DNA of 64,000 nt from positions 1 through 64,000 of the IMG/VR virus record IMGVR_UViG_3300025162_000016. One strand, given 5' to 3'. How positions within the stretch are numbered: position 1 is the stretch's first letter; every line of letters begins with the position of its first letter. A model generated the notes under the pieces. The model had not been told where the DNA came from and ran no database searches. It saw nothing but the letters and a program-made list of their open reading frames with translations. The translations under genes were made by a program, and so were the position numbers. Positions 34,840 through 46,417 of this stretch are shown piece by piece.

Positions 34840-37800
34840 ATGGCAATTCCATTTCCATTCGTCACATCTAATCCTGAAAATATTAACACTGGTTCGTATT
34901 TGAACCAGAAGGAAACAACTAATTTTGTTTCTAATTTCTTACCGGACTTATGGTATGGTTTTTCAGAGGAGGATGTAATTGAGGTTTCTGTGTTTGATCT
35001 TGATCAGAATCCAATTGGATGGAAGACCATAAACACGGATAAGAATTATCGAACAGTTACGTTATCTTATCTTAATACGCTAGATCAAACCATTACTTAT
35101 TCCTATAAAGAACTTTTAACAGATTTTACTTTATATAAAACCGAGGAAATTCTTGTTAATCCAATCGAACAATTTTCTTCGTCTTTTGGTATTATATCTG
35201 GTAGTTATTTGGCAACTTATAATTTTGTTCGGGAAATGGCGGGGAATTCCTTAACGCCGCTTGTCGTAAAAGACATTTCTCCATCAAGAAAAGAAGTTAA
35301 ACTGGTTCCTCTTTTTAATAATACGGCGAGATACCAAGCATTTTGCACCAAAAAACTTCAAGTTAAAGAGGTTGCACCTTTATTATTAAGATTAACTAAT
35401 CAATGTCCATATGATCAGATATATTCGAGAATTAAAGATAAATATACCAGCCAGATAATATTTCTAAAAAATTTATTATATCTTCAGACCGACGGAGAGT
35501 TCGTGTCGTTTTTAAAAACAATATATGAAGATGTGATAATTTATACATCACCTTCTGATATAACTCAACCACAAGAACGACTCAAAAGAACACAAGGAAT
35601 TCGAAATTACTATCAGAATTATCTTCTATCTAATTATGAAACTATTACGGATTTTATTGAAATAGACAATTCTTATGATTCTTTTGCAACTCATAGAATA
35701 GAGCAACAATTTAAACCTTATGGTTTACAACTTGGTAAAGATTTTATAGATGCAAAACAATTTTTGATCGATTTCTTTACTACCGAATTTTATCATCCTA
35801 TTACGGTAAGCACCAAAGCATCATTTGATGACAAGTACTATTCGCTTTTCAAAAATGCTTTAAATCTAGGTAATAATACCACGTTCATTATTCTTGATCA
35901 TGCATACATGGATGAACGAATTACGCTTTCCGATCCACTTACACTTTTAGTTAAACTCAAAGAAGAACTGCCCGATGATGTTAAAATTCAAAGCCAGTGC
36001 TGGGTTAGTAATATTAGTCTTGCTCCTTTTGTTGTCAATATCATCTTCAAGCAGATGGGGTCTACAAAAACGATTAAAATATCGTCACCTAATTTTACAT
36101 TGGAGTCGGATACAATAAGTTTATACAACGTCAATACTTCATATACGGCGAATGAACTTGTTACTCAACCGGCAGGACAACAAAATATCGATATTAGTAA
36201 AAAAATAAACGAACTTTCCGTTGATTATTCAGATTTCTCAAATTTCGTGATATTTTCATCTGCCAATCAACGGACAGCCAATTTCAAAACAAAAGTAATA
36301 TCGTGGTATCAGTTAAGTTCTTCTTTGATGAGTCTCAACACAATTGCGGCTCAATCAACGCTATCAGGGTCGGCATATCCATATTATTCTACAGAGCGAG
36401 ATACCGTTGAAGGTCAAATGAATGAAATTGTTAATTCATTTGATGGATATGAATCCTATTTGTTTAGAAGTGGTTCATATGAATACAATCCAATTACACG
36501 CAAATTTGTAAATGCCTCTTATGTTTCCGATAAAGATACAGATGCGGCATATTATGATAAATCGAATCGAGATAGTCTGATAAGTAATACTCCGGACCAT
36601 ATTGTTTTAGATAGTGATAATGATGAATATTTAATTTTCTTAAATATGATAGGTCATTTCTTTGATAATATCTATTTGTATATTACCAATCTTCCATCTG
36701 AAAAATTTGTCGTTAATGATCCTACCAAAACATTTTCTAAAAAAGTTATAGATTATATGTTGGATTCGTTCGGATGGAAATTGGGATCTACTTATGAAGA
36801 TTTATCGACGATAGATACTTATACAACGTCAGCGATATCATTGATATCCGCCGAAGATAGAACCAAAGCAATTCGGACCCGAATTCTTACTACCCTTCCT
36901 CAAATATATAAAACGACGGGAACAGAAGAAGCCATAAAATTGTTATTAGCATGTCATGGTATTCCTTCAGATTTATTACAGATTCGAGAATATGGGGGAT
37001 ATGATTATTATACGGGATCAATGGTCACCTACACCAAACGGGAACGGGCATGTATGTTTGGGATTTCGGGGTCCGGCGCAACCATAAATCAGGTATATGA
37101 GCCAAGACCAAATGTTCGAACGGCAGAATTTAAACTAACAATTAATTCTCCGGAGATTTATCCCGAAACAAAAAGATATAGAATTGTTGATTCTAAAGTT
37201 ATTTATTCGGTTAATTGGGGTGGATATCCTGATTCGTTTTTCCCAAATTGGGAAATAGGATTTTGGCGGGAATATGGAAAAATGGGGCGTATTTATGCTT
37301 CTCTTCCAACTCGTTTAAGTTCTTATTCCGGAAAAGATGTTATAGGGTATGGCAATCCAAGGATTTTTTTAACTAGTAGTTTGTTTCCGCTCTTCGATGG
37401 CGACATTTTTAATATCCGACTTCGAAGAAATAATCCAGATCCATATTTTCAATATACGGCAGATGAAGAACTGGTAACAACTCAATATGATTTAACCGTT
37501 CAAAGAAATGAATCGGGAAGAGTTGTTTTCAGAAGTATTGATTCCAAATTGGGATTATTCGAAGATAATATGATTTGGGATGGTATTTCTACTTTTGATC
37601 CTCCATCAACCGTCGGAAGTTTAGGAACTACTAATACGGCTTCAATCAATTGGGGAATACAAGGTAGCAAGGTTGATTTCGCATTCGGAAATGCAATGAT
37701 ATGGGATGTTCCTATCTCCGATACCGATTTTGACATTCATTGTAATGATTATAGCTCGTTTGCATATAGTGGATCAGAGGGAATGATACATCTAATTGCC

Positions 37801-39657
37801 CGAATGGATGCCGATGAAGCAACAAATTTTCTTACTATTTCTTCATCTTATCTTTATCAGACTCCTACGGGAAGTTCAACTTATGGATTTGGTATTGGAA
37901 CTATTTCAAACAAATCAGAATATTATCCCACTTTTATAGATAAGTACGGGGCGTATGTGTTATCATCAAGTTATATGGGGAGTAACATGTCTCTTTATAA
38001 TAAACCCATTATCCCAATTGGATTTTATTATAGTTCTCAAAACTATTTTCCTTTAAATCCAAATATAGTACAGACAACATATTGCCCTAACTTAACGACA
38101 TCGCTCGTTGCTCCTAAATATCCATACGAATACGTGGTAAAAGATATTGAGAAAATATATACAACTCCTTTCTATGGTCCTAATCGGTTTAAAAATGAAA
38201 AAGTAAACAAAAAAGAGCAAGAAATATCTGCCCGGCTGGATGATAAAGATCGTTCAACCTTTGACTCGGGAATGGGAAGTCAAACGGATTCTAATTTACT
38301 CGGATTATATCTCGATCCTCAAGATGCTAAAAATCGAGATATAATTAAATATCTCGGAAATCAAAACCTAATGGAATTGATTGCGGACCCTTCGGATATG
38401 TATTCGTCCTCCTATTCTAACTTAACTGCTCTAAATCGGGAGTATAATTCATTCGGGGATAGGCGGGTATTATATAATGAACTTATTACGCTTTATAAAA
38501 TCTATTTTAATCGATCGATATTCGATACCGTAAAAAATATTGTTCCCGCCCGATCTGCGGTTAGAACGGGTATTTTAATTGAGCCAACCGTATTAGAACG
38601 TTCAAAATATCAATATCAACCTATTTTTTCTGAATCCAATACAGGGTCGGTTGCTTATTTTGATGTTACCGCCAGCCATTATTGGAGAGATCCTATTACT
38701 AAACTATTAAAATTTTCGGGGTCGGTTGGAAATACCAGTAACGGAAAATTAGAAATTCTATATGGGGAATTTAATATTGCGGGCGTTAGTTCTTCAAGTT
38801 TAGATATGTCCACTCTCCCGGTTAATCCGCATTTCGATGTTGATATATCATATATTAACGAAGCTAATTTTAATTATCCTATTAATTATGGCGGAGGATA
38901 TATTACCGATTTAGCGGACGAATTTCAAATGGGAAATTATGGAAGTCTTGGGAATGAATGGGGATATTCCGATGCTATAGGAGTCACTCCTCAAGGAAAA
39001 TTAGAAACACATACACATCCATCTGGCAGTGAAAGAACGTTCATAGTAAAAAAATGGGATAAATACACCATTTATGCTAAAACGGGTCCATATGTCAAAA
39101 CTTCCAACAAATTTGCAGATTTATATACGTCTAGCTCTATTTGGCTGTATTCGCTAGTAGGTATGACTCCCACCGGATATAATAATTTATTCTATACTTC
39201 TAGTAAGAATGAATTATCAGGGTCAGTGTGGGATTTAACTCCTACCAGAAATTGTGATGACGATGGATACTGTTATTATCAACACTATGCAAATACGGCA
39301 AAAAAGACCCCAAATCAACGAATAAATACCATCAAAGCCACGGATATGCATATAGGACCAATAGTATATGCGATAACACCGTATTATGATATAGCGCAAG
39401 ATACATATTTTGAAGTTTTTGGAGGATATCCTAGAAATCACTATACTCATAAGAGAATGCAATTCTCCCCATTGAAAATGCAAACAATTAGCGGCAAAGC
39501 AACCGACCAAACTTATCAGATTTATGTTCGGTCGAGACAGACGGTAGAAACAACAATAGACGATAAATCAGGAATTGGGGATGCTTCGCTCCCAGTTCAG
39601 ACAATTCAAACCAGCAATATTAATTTGATTAAGAGTAACAACGTCATTAATATGTGA
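34840..39657 (+). CDS. Very large baseplate/tail structural protein (1605 aa)
   Basis: FLNMIGHFFDNI, KTTGT..AIK.LL.C.GIP, IREYGG motifs typical of large-phage baseplate proteins. Confidence 0.6.
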   Translation: MAIPFPFVTSNPENINTGSYLNQKETTNFVSNFLPDLWYGFSEEDVIEVSVFDLDQNPIGWKTINTDKNYRTVTLSYLNTLDQTITYSYKELLTDFTLYKTEEILVNPIEQFSSSFGIISGSYLATYNFVREMAGNSLTPLVVKDISPSRKEVKLVPLFNNTARYQAFCTKKLQVKEVAPLLLRLTNQCPYDQIYSRIKDKYTSQIIFLKNLLYLQTDGEFVSFLKTIYEDVIIYTSPSDITQPQERLKRTQGIRNYYQNYLLSNYETITDFIEIDNSYDSFATHRIEQQFKPYGLQLGKDFIDAKQFLIDFFTTEFYHPITVSTKASFDDKYYSLFKNALNLGNNTTFIILDHAYMDERITLSDPLTLLVKLKEELPDDVKIQSQCWVSNISLAPFVVNIIFKQMGSTKTIKISSPNFTLESDTISLYNVNTSYTANELVTQPAGQQNIDISKKINELSVDYSDFSNFVIFSSANQRTANFKTKVISWYQLSSSLMSLNTIAAQSTLSGSAYPYYSTERDTVEGQMNEIVNSFDGYESYLFRSGSYEYNPITRKFVNASYVSDKDTDAAYYDKSNRDSLISNTPDHIVLDSDNDEYLIFLNMIGHFFDNIYLYITNLPSEKFVVNDPTKTFSKKVIDYMLDSFGWKLGSTYEDLSTIDTYTTSAISLISAEDRTKAIRTRILTTLPQIYKTTGTEEAIKLLLACHGIPSDLLQIREYGGYDYYTGSMVTYTKRERACMFGISGSGATINQVYEPRPNVRTAEFKLTINSPEIYPETKRYRIVDSKVIYSVNWGGYPDSFFPNWEIGFWREYGKMGRIYASLPTRLSSYSGKDVIGYGNPRIFLTSSLFPLFDGDIFNIRLRRNNPDPYFQYTADEELVTTQYDLTVQRNESGRVVFRSIDSKLGLFEDNMIWDGISTFDPPSTVGSLGTTNTASINWGIQGSKVDFAFGNAMIWDVPISDTDFDIHCNDYSSFAYSGSEGMIHLIARMDADEATNFLTISSSYLYQTPTGSSTYGFGIGTISNKSEYYPTFIDKYGAYVLSSSYMGSNMSLYNKPIIPIGFYYSSQNYFPLNPNIVQTTYCPNLTTSLVAPKYPYEYVVKDIEKIYTTPFYGPNRFKNEKVNKKEQEISARLDDKDRSTFDSGMGSQTDSNLLGLYLDPQDAKNRDIIKYLGNQNLMELIADPSDMYSSSYSNLTALNREYNSFGDRRVLYNELITLYKIYFNRSIFDTVKNIVPARSAVRTGILIEPTVLERSKYQYQPIFSESNTGSVAYFDVTASHYWRDPITKLLKFSGSVGNTSNGKLEILYGEFNIAGVSSSSLDMSTLPVNPHFDVDISYINEANFNYPINYGGGYITDLADEFQMGNYGSLGNEWGYSDAIGVTPQGKLETHTHPSGSERTFIVKKWDKYTIYAKTGPYVKTSNKFADLYTSSSIWLYSLVGMTPTGYNNLFYTSSKNELSGSVWDLTPTRNCDDDGYCYYQHYANTAKKTPNQRINTIKATDMHIGPIVYAITPYYDIAQDTYFEVFGGYPRNHYTHKRMQFSPLKMQTISGKATDQTYQIYVRSRQTVETTIDDKSGIGDASLPVQTIQTSNINLIKSNNVINM

Positions 39658-39717
39658 AAAAAGAGGTTCCGAGTAATACTTATAACAAGAGACTAATAAA
39701 GAATAGGAATATAATAT

Positions 39718-40359
39718 ATGGGATATAACGATAATCAAACGGTGACAATAGATGCAATTCTAACTAAAAAAGGGAGAGAATTATTGGCAAAAAATGGAAA
39801 CCTTAACATAACTAGTTTTGCGTTGGCAGATGATGAAATTGATTACTCCCTTTATCAGCCAAATCATCCAAATGGGAGTGCATTTTATGATATTGCACTG
39901 AGAAATATTCCAATATTTGAGCCGTTTACGGATGAAACACAAGTTATGAAATACAAATTAGTTACATTAAATCAAGGAGTGACGTCTATTCCTGTTATTA
40001 CGATTGCCCAAGACAAAATTAGTGTCAATCGAGATTTTACTGGTCAGATTCTTATTTCTCCTTCTACTAATCCCGCCTATAATTTAACCGCCGGATATAC
40101 CGCTATTTTGGGAAATAAAAACGTAGGAATTATTGTAGTTCAAACAAATAATTCTCTTAATTCGGTCTCAAATACAGTGCCAACATTTGCAGGCGATATT
40201 AATACCGCAAGTTCTCAGGTGGTTGTGGGAATGACATTTTTATTCGTTCCTAATTCTCAATTAGGAAGAACAACCACAACGGATTTAACGATTGTTGGAA
40301 ATGAATCGGGGGGAAGCACAAGCATCGAAGTAACTGTTATTGTTCCTACTACAAGTTAA
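39718..40359 (+). CDS. Virion structural protein
   Basis: DAILTKKGRELLA..FALADDEIDY motif. Confidence 0.6.
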   Translation: MGYNDNQTVTIDAILTKKGRELLAKNGNLNITSFALADDEIDYSLYQPNHPNGSAFYDIALRNIPIFEPFTDETQVMKYKLVTLNQGVTSIPVITIAQDKISVNRDFTGQILISPSTNPAYNLTAGYTAILGNKNVGIIVVQTNNSLNSVSNTVPTFAGDINTASSQVVVGMTFLFVPNSQLGRTTTTDLTIVGNESGGSTSIEVTVIVPTTS

Positions 40360-40368
40360 AATTGATTT

Positions 40369-41508
40369 ATGATATTCAACACTTTTCAAGATACGGATAT
40401 TGTCACCGGACGAACAACTCGGGTAGCCAGCGGATTTTGGCCAGGCGGCGTGACTAATTGGAGCCAAAGTTTATTTGTGGACGATTTATGGGACTTAACC
40501 GGATCAATTGCTACACCCTCGCCTGCGTACGGGACGTCTCTTTATGATGTTCGGCGAACCATGTATTATGTGAATGTGTTTCCAAATGCGACATATCATG
40601 AACAACACGATCCTTATTTTTCTGCTACATATGGACATATTGCTGGGAGCGGTTCATTTAATATTGAAACTTCGAGTATTTTAGTAAATCCGACTAAAGC
40701 AATTTATACACAATATAAAAATCTGCTTTTGGGAACCGGAGACGTAGATGGAAAATTTAGTTTTAAAATCGGAAGTGCGGGAGGAACTACTAATGCAAAT
40801 GATATATTTGTTTTAACTTTTTCAACCTATAAAATGAAAGATCGGTTAGACGAAGGGATTTTTCAAATTTCATTTTCCGGCTCATATGGATGTAAAACTT
40901 ATATAGATGATTCTATAACTGACACTCAAGTAAAAACGGTATATAATTTAATCTCAGGATCATTAGAATCAGGTGTTGCTCCAAATGCAACATATGATGG
41001 AGTTGGATTATTTTATCCGAATAATGGTATGTTAGTTATTAATGCTCAAAAGTTAGATGATATAATTGGAATGCAGGCGTCAACTACTGTAAATTATAAT
41101 TCCGATGGTGGTGGAAAATATTATTATTCCAGTGCGTCTTTTTCAACCGATTATAGTCAAAATTCTAAAGTTATCGTGGAGGCGATTAAAGCGGCAGGAT
41201 CGAATACCTCGATTCAAATGAAAATACGAAAATCCGAATATGTTCCGGCAAGACATTATTTTATTCGCATTAAAAATAGAGACTTTAATTATAGCAACAA
41301 TCCGACATATGTTTACGATGGGACCGATGGAAACCATGCCAATGGAACTATTCGTAATAGCGATTTTGTAGACAATCCAAGAACTTATCTGACGACAATC
41401 GGATTATATAATAGTGATAATGAATTAGTAGCTGTTGCAAAATTAAGTCGCCCCGCCGTAAAAACTTTCGATAATGAAATCTTGTGCAAAGTTCGAATTG
41501 ATACGTGA
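40369..41508 (+). CDS. Virion structural protein (paralogue family with 41593 and 47854)
   Basis: GLFYPNNG, FNYSNNPT, TTIGLYN..ELVAVAKLSRP. Confidence 0.6.
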   Translation: MIFNTFQDTDIVTGRTTRVASGFWPGGVTNWSQSLFVDDLWDLTGSIATPSPAYGTSLYDVRRTMYYVNVFPNATYHEQHDPYFSATYGHIAGSGSFNIETSSILVNPTKAIYTQYKNLLLGTGDVDGKFSFKIGSAGGTTNANDIFVLTFSTYKMKDRLDEGIFQISFSGSYGCKTYIDDSITDTQVKTVYNLISGSLESGVAPNATYDGVGLFYPNNGMLVINAQKLDDIIGMQASTTVNYNSDGGGKYYYSSASFSTDYSQNSKVIVEAIKAAGSNTSIQMKIRKSEYVPARHYFIRIKNRDFNYSNNPTYVYDGTDGNHANGTIRNSDFVDNPRTYLTTIGLYNSDNELVAVAKLSRPAVKTFDNEILCKVRIDT

Positions 41509-41592
41509 CAATGAGCCATTAATTAAACTGAGAGCCGATAGTGTTTTGGAAAATGTCATTGATCAATTTTAGATTGATACTTATATTTAACA

Positions 41593-42912
41593 ATGTTAAA
41601 GCAAATTCAACGCAATAATTTTCTTACGGTGCCATTTGTTGCTTCTAAAAAATGGAATTTACGTAATATTGATAATGAGGCTTTAGCTGTTATTGATGAT
41701 GAATACATTGCATTAGAATATGTAGATTATTATGGCAATCCTCTTCTTAATCGTGATTGTAACATAACGCTTGAACAGCAACGTAATAATAATGTTATTT
41801 TTGAAATAGGTAGAAAATCTACCGGAATTTTTTATCCAGATCAGGAAGAAAAAAATGATACTGGAACTTATATTCGACTGGTATATGATCAGACAAAATT
41901 AGCTTTTTATAATGAATATAAGAATCCTTTGAAAATTTTTGGGGTGGAGAATATTGATTTTGGTAATAGTAGAATGTTTCGATATATTGCAGATGAGTTT
42001 CGAATGTTTACTCTTCCAAAAGCATTTTTTGGAGATTCTATTAAAAAGAAAAGCGTATCCTTTATGGATAATGCATTGGATGATTATGTTCAAATAAATG
42101 ATGATGGATATGGAAATTTGATAGCTACAAAAAATCTTTTTTCTAAAATTCAAGAGGTTAGAAAGTTTTCAAATGCTTATAAAGAAGGAGATGCCGCAAA
42201 TGAATGTCCCCCAGTTGTGATTCCTACAACCACTACGACTACATCTACCACGTCTACTACATCTACGACTACTGCACCGACAACAACTACTACGACTACT
42301 ACAACTACTGAAGCTCCTCCACCAACAACTACTACAACAACCAGCACAACTAGCACTACCAGTACTACAAGCACAACATCAACAACCAGTACAACTACTG
42401 AAGCTCCTCCTCCACCAACAACAACAACTACTACGACTACTACAACTACTGAAGCTCCTCCTCCTCCAACAACAACAACTACTACGACTACTACAACTAC
42501 TGAAGCTCCTCCACCAACAACTACTACTACGACTACTACAACTACCGAAGCTCCTCCACCAACAACTACCACTACCACTACGACAACTAGTACCACATCA
42601 ACGACAACAGCGCCTCCTACATGTCCTGAATGTTCCACTTACTCCGCTACAACAGTATATTGTCCGAATACTGTTTTGTTATTCTCAACACAGGCTCAGT
42701 TCTGTCAAGATTTAAAAGATGCTTGGGGATTCGGAAGCGGTCATTCTGTTTTTATTTGGAAACCAATATATGATGGTATTAATGGAGCAACGGTTATTTC
42801 TAATCTTGCTACATTATGTGGAATGACGTTTACCCAAACATCCACTACATTGGGGAATACAACTTGTGAAATAACTCCTCCCGAAACAGAGTTTCGGTTT
42901 ACTGTGCCGTAA
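41593..42912 (+). CDS. Structural protein N-half fused to a mucin-like Thr/Pro repeat
   Basis: FGDSIKK..DDGYGNL then T-rich repeats and a Cys-containing tail. Confidence 0.65.
   Translation: MLKQIQRNNFLTVPFVASKKWNLRNIDNEALAVIDDEYIALEYVDYYGNPLLNRDCNITLEQQRNNNVIFEIGRKSTGIFYPDQEEKNDTGTYIRLVYDQTKLAFYNEYKNPLKIFGVENIDFGNSRMFRYIADEFRMFTLPKAFFGDSIKKKSVSFMDNALDDYVQINDDGYGNLIATKNLFSKIQEVRKFSNAYKEGDAANECPPVVIPTTTTTTSTTSTTSTTTAPTTTTTTTTTTEAPPPTTTTTTSTTSTTSTTSTTSTTSTTTEAPPPPTTTTTTTTTTTEAPPPPTTTTTTTTTTTEAPPPTTTTTTTTTTEAPPPTTTTTTTTTSTTSTTTAPPTCPECSTYSATTVYCPNTVLLFSTQAQFCQDLKDAWGFGSGHSVFIWKPIYDGINGATVISNLATLCGMTFTQTSTTLGNTTCEITPPETEFRFTVP
42226..42621 (+). repeat. Coding tandem repeat, (T)n-EAPPP x5 plus STT runs
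   Basis: ACN codon runs with five GAAGCTCCTCC units. Confidence 0.95.
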
Positions 42913-42921
42913 TAAAATAAT

Positions 42922-45165
42922 ATGTTATCTGTTATAATTCCCTGTTGGAGAGATAATTCCAATTTAATTAATACTTTACAATCGATGTATTCAACTTCCA
43001 CATCGGAATTTGAATGTATTATTGTGGACGATGCCTCTCCTATTCCTGTCATTATTCCAAATGAGTATAAAAATAAATTACGACTGATAAGAAATAATAA
43101 ACAACTTGGTTGTGGTAGATCCAGAACATTAGCCGCTAAATTAGCTACTCAGAAATATTTATTTACCATTGACAGTCATACAGACTTCGAACAGGGGTGG
43201 GATGATGTTATAAAAAAGAACTTAAAATTTGTAGATAATAATACTATTATTTATTTTCCTCTTAAAATTAGTAATACTTGGGATCGTAATTTATACGATT
43301 TTTGCGATATACGTTATGGAAGTTTAGCTTATCTATATAATCCCCGAAATAAAAACTTTTTAGGCGTAGAACAAATAGTCAATACAAAAATTGAACCTAA
43401 TTGTTTACATGCATCATATGTTATTAAACGAGATTATTTTTTATATTTAAAGGGTTTACTTGATGTAAAATATTGGGGTTCCGATGAATTAATATTAACT
43501 ATTAAAATATTAATGACAGGAGGAAACATAAAACTAATTCAAGATGTTATATTAACACACGTTGATTTACGGAGTGGAATGCACATTAGAAACTTGTATT
43601 ATATCTATTATAATATTCTACGAATTGCAAAAACACTAATGAGCGTAGAAGAGTATAATGAGTTTTTGAGTTTCATAGATAAAACTCAAATACCCGTTCA
43701 ATCATTTAAATTCTTAGATGATGATGTAGAAGAAATAGAAGAATTTAAAAAGTATTATAAAGAGATTTTTATTCACGATTTTTCTTGGTTAAAAGAAAAA
43801 TTAAATTTTGATTTATCCGACAAAAATAATCCTTTACATTACAATGCATTATTAAATCGAGATACTATAAATAAACGATTAGAAAATCAAAAATTAATAC
43901 ACAAAGAATGGCCTGTAGTCAAAAATACATGGGAAAAGGCAGACGCATTTATAAACTCGGTAGCAAGCCGAGGAATTTTATCGACAACGATGAATTTAAT
44001 TGGGATAGATAATAATTCCGGAGAAAAAGTATCGGAAGAAATTTATACTATAAGGCATAATTCTTGTTTTGGAATAACCGGTTCTAACCAATGTTCTCAA
44101 CTTAAATATGCGGAGAACTTTGGTCATTATTGCGGAGCGTGTGGATGTGGGCAAACAAAATTAGCTAAATTGGATGGAGATGGATATAGATATACAAAAC
44201 TTCATTATCCGTATCTTGAATGTCCATTAAAAAAACATGGATTTTCTAATTATATTGAAAAAAAATCAATTCTTTCAATTATTATAACTTGTTGTAATGA
44301 AAAAAAAGAGTATCTTAATAGAACAATTGATTCTATAAGAAAAACCGCTGGGAATGAACCAGAAATAATTATCATTGACGATGCTTCTATTATTCCTATT
44401 GAAAGCAATGAAAGAGTAATACGAAACGATGTTAGAATTGGGGTAGGAAGATCGAGACATAAAGGGGCTATAGCGGCTTCCAATCAATATTTACTCATTA
44501 CAGATGGTCATATGATTTTCGATAATGGGTGGTATGAAAATTTCATTGAACGGGCAAAGACAGCCAAACTAAATGACATGTTCTGTGGAACCTGTTTGGG
44601 ATTAGACGAAAAAGACAAAGATTTATCCGCCCATAAAGGAGCATACCACGGAGCAAGAATAGAGCTTTACAACGAAAAAGAAAATCAAATATTAGAAGGA
44701 AAATGGATACCCGAAAAAAGTGAAATGGAATATGAAATATCTTGCTTAATGGGAGCGTTATATTTTGTCAGGAAAGACTGGTTTTTAAAGATTCGTGGAT
44801 TATCCGATATTAAAATGTGGGGATCGGATGAGCCGTTTCTAAGTCTGAAAACACTATTATGCGGCGGACATATTTTTTTGCTAAAAAATGTGAGAGCGGG
44901 ACATGTTTTTAGAGATAGTGCGCCATACACTACAGGAGTAGAATATTTGGTCTATAATAAAATTAGAATGGCAAAAACATTATTACCGGATGAATTGGCT
45001 AATAAACTTATAGATAAATTACCGAAGGATGGTAATTTTAATGCAGCAATGAAAATGTGCGAATTGGAGAAAACTGAAATTGAAGAATATAAAACATATT
45101 ATAAATCTATTTTTATAAAAGATTTTTATGAATTTTGTAAAGAATACGATATAAAATTATTATGA
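42922..45165 (+). CDS. Tandem GT2 glycosyltransferase (two domains) with central Cys-rich module
   Basis: Two S.II...IIVDDAS..G.GRSR..D.H..F..WGSDE units; CGACGC..CP linker. Confidence 0.85.
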   Translation: MLSVIIPCWRDNSNLINTLQSMYSTSTSEFECIIVDDASPIPVIIPNEYKNKLRLIRNNKQLGCGRSRTLAAKLATQKYLFTIDSHTDFEQGWDDVIKKNLKFVDNNTIIYFPLKISNTWDRNLYDFCDIRYGSLAYLYNPRNKNFLGVEQIVNTKIEPNCLHASYVIKRDYFLYLKGLLDVKYWGSDELILTIKILMTGGNIKLIQDVILTHVDLRSGMHIRNLYYIYYNILRIAKTLMSVEEYNEFLSFIDKTQIPVQSFKFLDDDVEEIEEFKKYYKEIFIHDFSWLKEKLNFDLSDKNNPLHYNALLNRDTINKRLENQKLIHKEWPVVKNTWEKADAFINSVASRGILSTTMNLIGIDNNSGEKVSEEIYTIRHNSCFGITGSNQCSQLKYAENFGHYCGACGCGQTKLAKLDGDGYRYTKLHYPYLECPLKKHGFSNYIEKKSILSIIITCCNEKKEYLNRTIDSIRKTAGNEPEIIIIDDASIIPIESNERVIRNDVRIGVGRSRHKGAIAASNQYLLITDGHMIFDNGWYENFIERAKTAKLNDMFCGTCLGLDEKDKDLSAHKGAYHGARIELYNEKENQILEGKWIPEKSEMEYEISCLMGALYFVRKDWFLKIRGLSDIKMWGSDEPFLSLKTLLCGGHIFLLKNVRAGHVFRDSAPYTTGVEYLVYNKIRMAKTLLPDELANKLIDKLPKDGNFNAAMKMCELEKTEIEEYKTYYKSIFIKDFYEFCKEYDIKLL

Positions 45166-45752
45166 ATGATATAGTAGAAAATATAATTAAAGAAAAACCA
45201 GAATCAATTCACAAATTAATACCATCTGAATTTTTTACGAAGTATGATTCGTATGACTATGTGTGGAGTGGAAATTGTTTTGAATGGTATTATGCCATTA
45301 GCAAAGTGATACAACCAAAAACATTTATGGAAATCGGGGTCAGATTCGCATTTAGTTTTTTACCATCTATGATTGGCGGAGATAAACTTGAATATGCTCT
45401 TGGTTGGGATTTAGAAACGTATGGAAACAATACAATAGCAATTGACAATCTTACAAAATATTATCACGGATCATCTAAATGGGAAATATTACATGTAGAT
45501 TCACAACTACAATCGGAACTTCCTCAATTTTTTGATTTAGTAAGTATTGATGGTTGTCATGAATATGATGGAAAAATTCACGATTTAAAAATGGCAATGA
45601 ATAATTCTAGATATGTTATATTAGATGATTATGATTATCATTCCGATGTTCGTAGAGCAACAGACTTCTTCTTAAAAGAATATAGAGATAGAATTGAATG
45701 GAATGAATATATAAAAACATTTAGAGGAAGTCAACTTATAAAATTTAAATGA
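45162..45752 (+). CDS. Class I SAM-dependent methyltransferase (Methyltransf_24-like)
   Basis: FMEIGV, IDGCHEY, ILDDY. Confidence 0.75.
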   Translation: MNDIVENIIKEKPESIHKLIPSEFFTKYDSYDYVWSGNCFEWYYAISKVIQPKTFMEIGVRFAFSFLPSMIGGDKLEYALGWDLETYGNNTIAIDNLTKYYHGSSKWEILHVDSQLQSELPQFFDLVSIDGCHEYDGKIHDLKMAMNNSRYVILDDYDYHSDVRRATDFFLKEYRDRIEWNEYIKTFRGSQLIKFK

Positions 45753-46417
45753 AATATTTAGACTTTTTTGAAGATGTATATTATATCAATTTAGATTATA
45801 GAATTGATAGGAAAATACTATTTGAAAAAAGAGCATCTGATGTAGGAATTATTCCTAATAGATTTTCAGCAATACAACCAACTGAAATAGAATGTCAATC
45901 GATTACTCCTTTTAAAGAAATAAGAAGATTTAAAGTTGGATGTACAATGTCTCATCAGGCAGTAGTTAAAATAGCTAAAGAAAAAAATTTTTCAAATGTT
46001 TTAATATTTGAAGATGATTGTCTATTTTTGGAAGGATTTCAATCAAAAGCTCAATTATGTGTTAATGAATTAAAAAATTTACATTGGGATATTATATATT
46101 TTGGTGGAGAACCTAATAATCAATGTGTAGATATATCAGATAATTTGGTAAAAATAGAAAATGGCGGAGTTTATTGTTGTCATGCTTATGCTGTTAATAA
46201 TACATTTTATGATAAAATACTAAATGTAAATCCTCATCAGATAGATGTTATAGATATATTTATTTTAAACTATGAATGTTCACGAAGAATATATCTTTTA
46301 AGTAGAGATTTACTAGCTGTTCAAGATGGAATTTTTTCAGATTTAAAACAAGGATTAAATGAAGCTGCAGCTTCTTATATGAAAAAAGGGTGGGATAAAT
46401 ACGTTAATAAAAAATAA
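45749..46417 (+). CDS. Glycosyltransferase family 25
   Basis: YYINLDYRIDRK, GCTMSH, LIFEDD, CHAY. Confidence 0.85.
   Translation: MKYLDFFEDVYYINLDYRIDRKILFEKRASDVGIIPNRFSAIQPTEIECQSITPFKEIRRFKVGCTMSHQAVVKIAKEKNFSNVLIFEDDCLFLEGFQSKAQLCVNELKNLHWDIIYFGGEPNNQCVDISDNLVKIENGGVYCCHAYAVNNTFYDKILNVNPHQIDVIDIFILNYECSRRIYLLSRDLLAVQDGIFSDLKQGLNEAAASYMKKGWDKYVNKK

Noticed and set aside
20089-34842. In-frame TAA-NNN-ATG junctions (20091/20095, 24250/24254, 34836/34840) as readthrough fusions
   Set aside because: Similar 1-4 nt gaps occur out of frame elsewhere (25603/25605, 28365/28367, 31380/31382), so this is simple tight gene packing.
42177-42638. Minus-strand poly-Val ORF and the many other short antisense ORFs in the track
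   Set aside because: Shadows of + strand genes. The poly-Val frame is the reverse complement of the Thr repeat.
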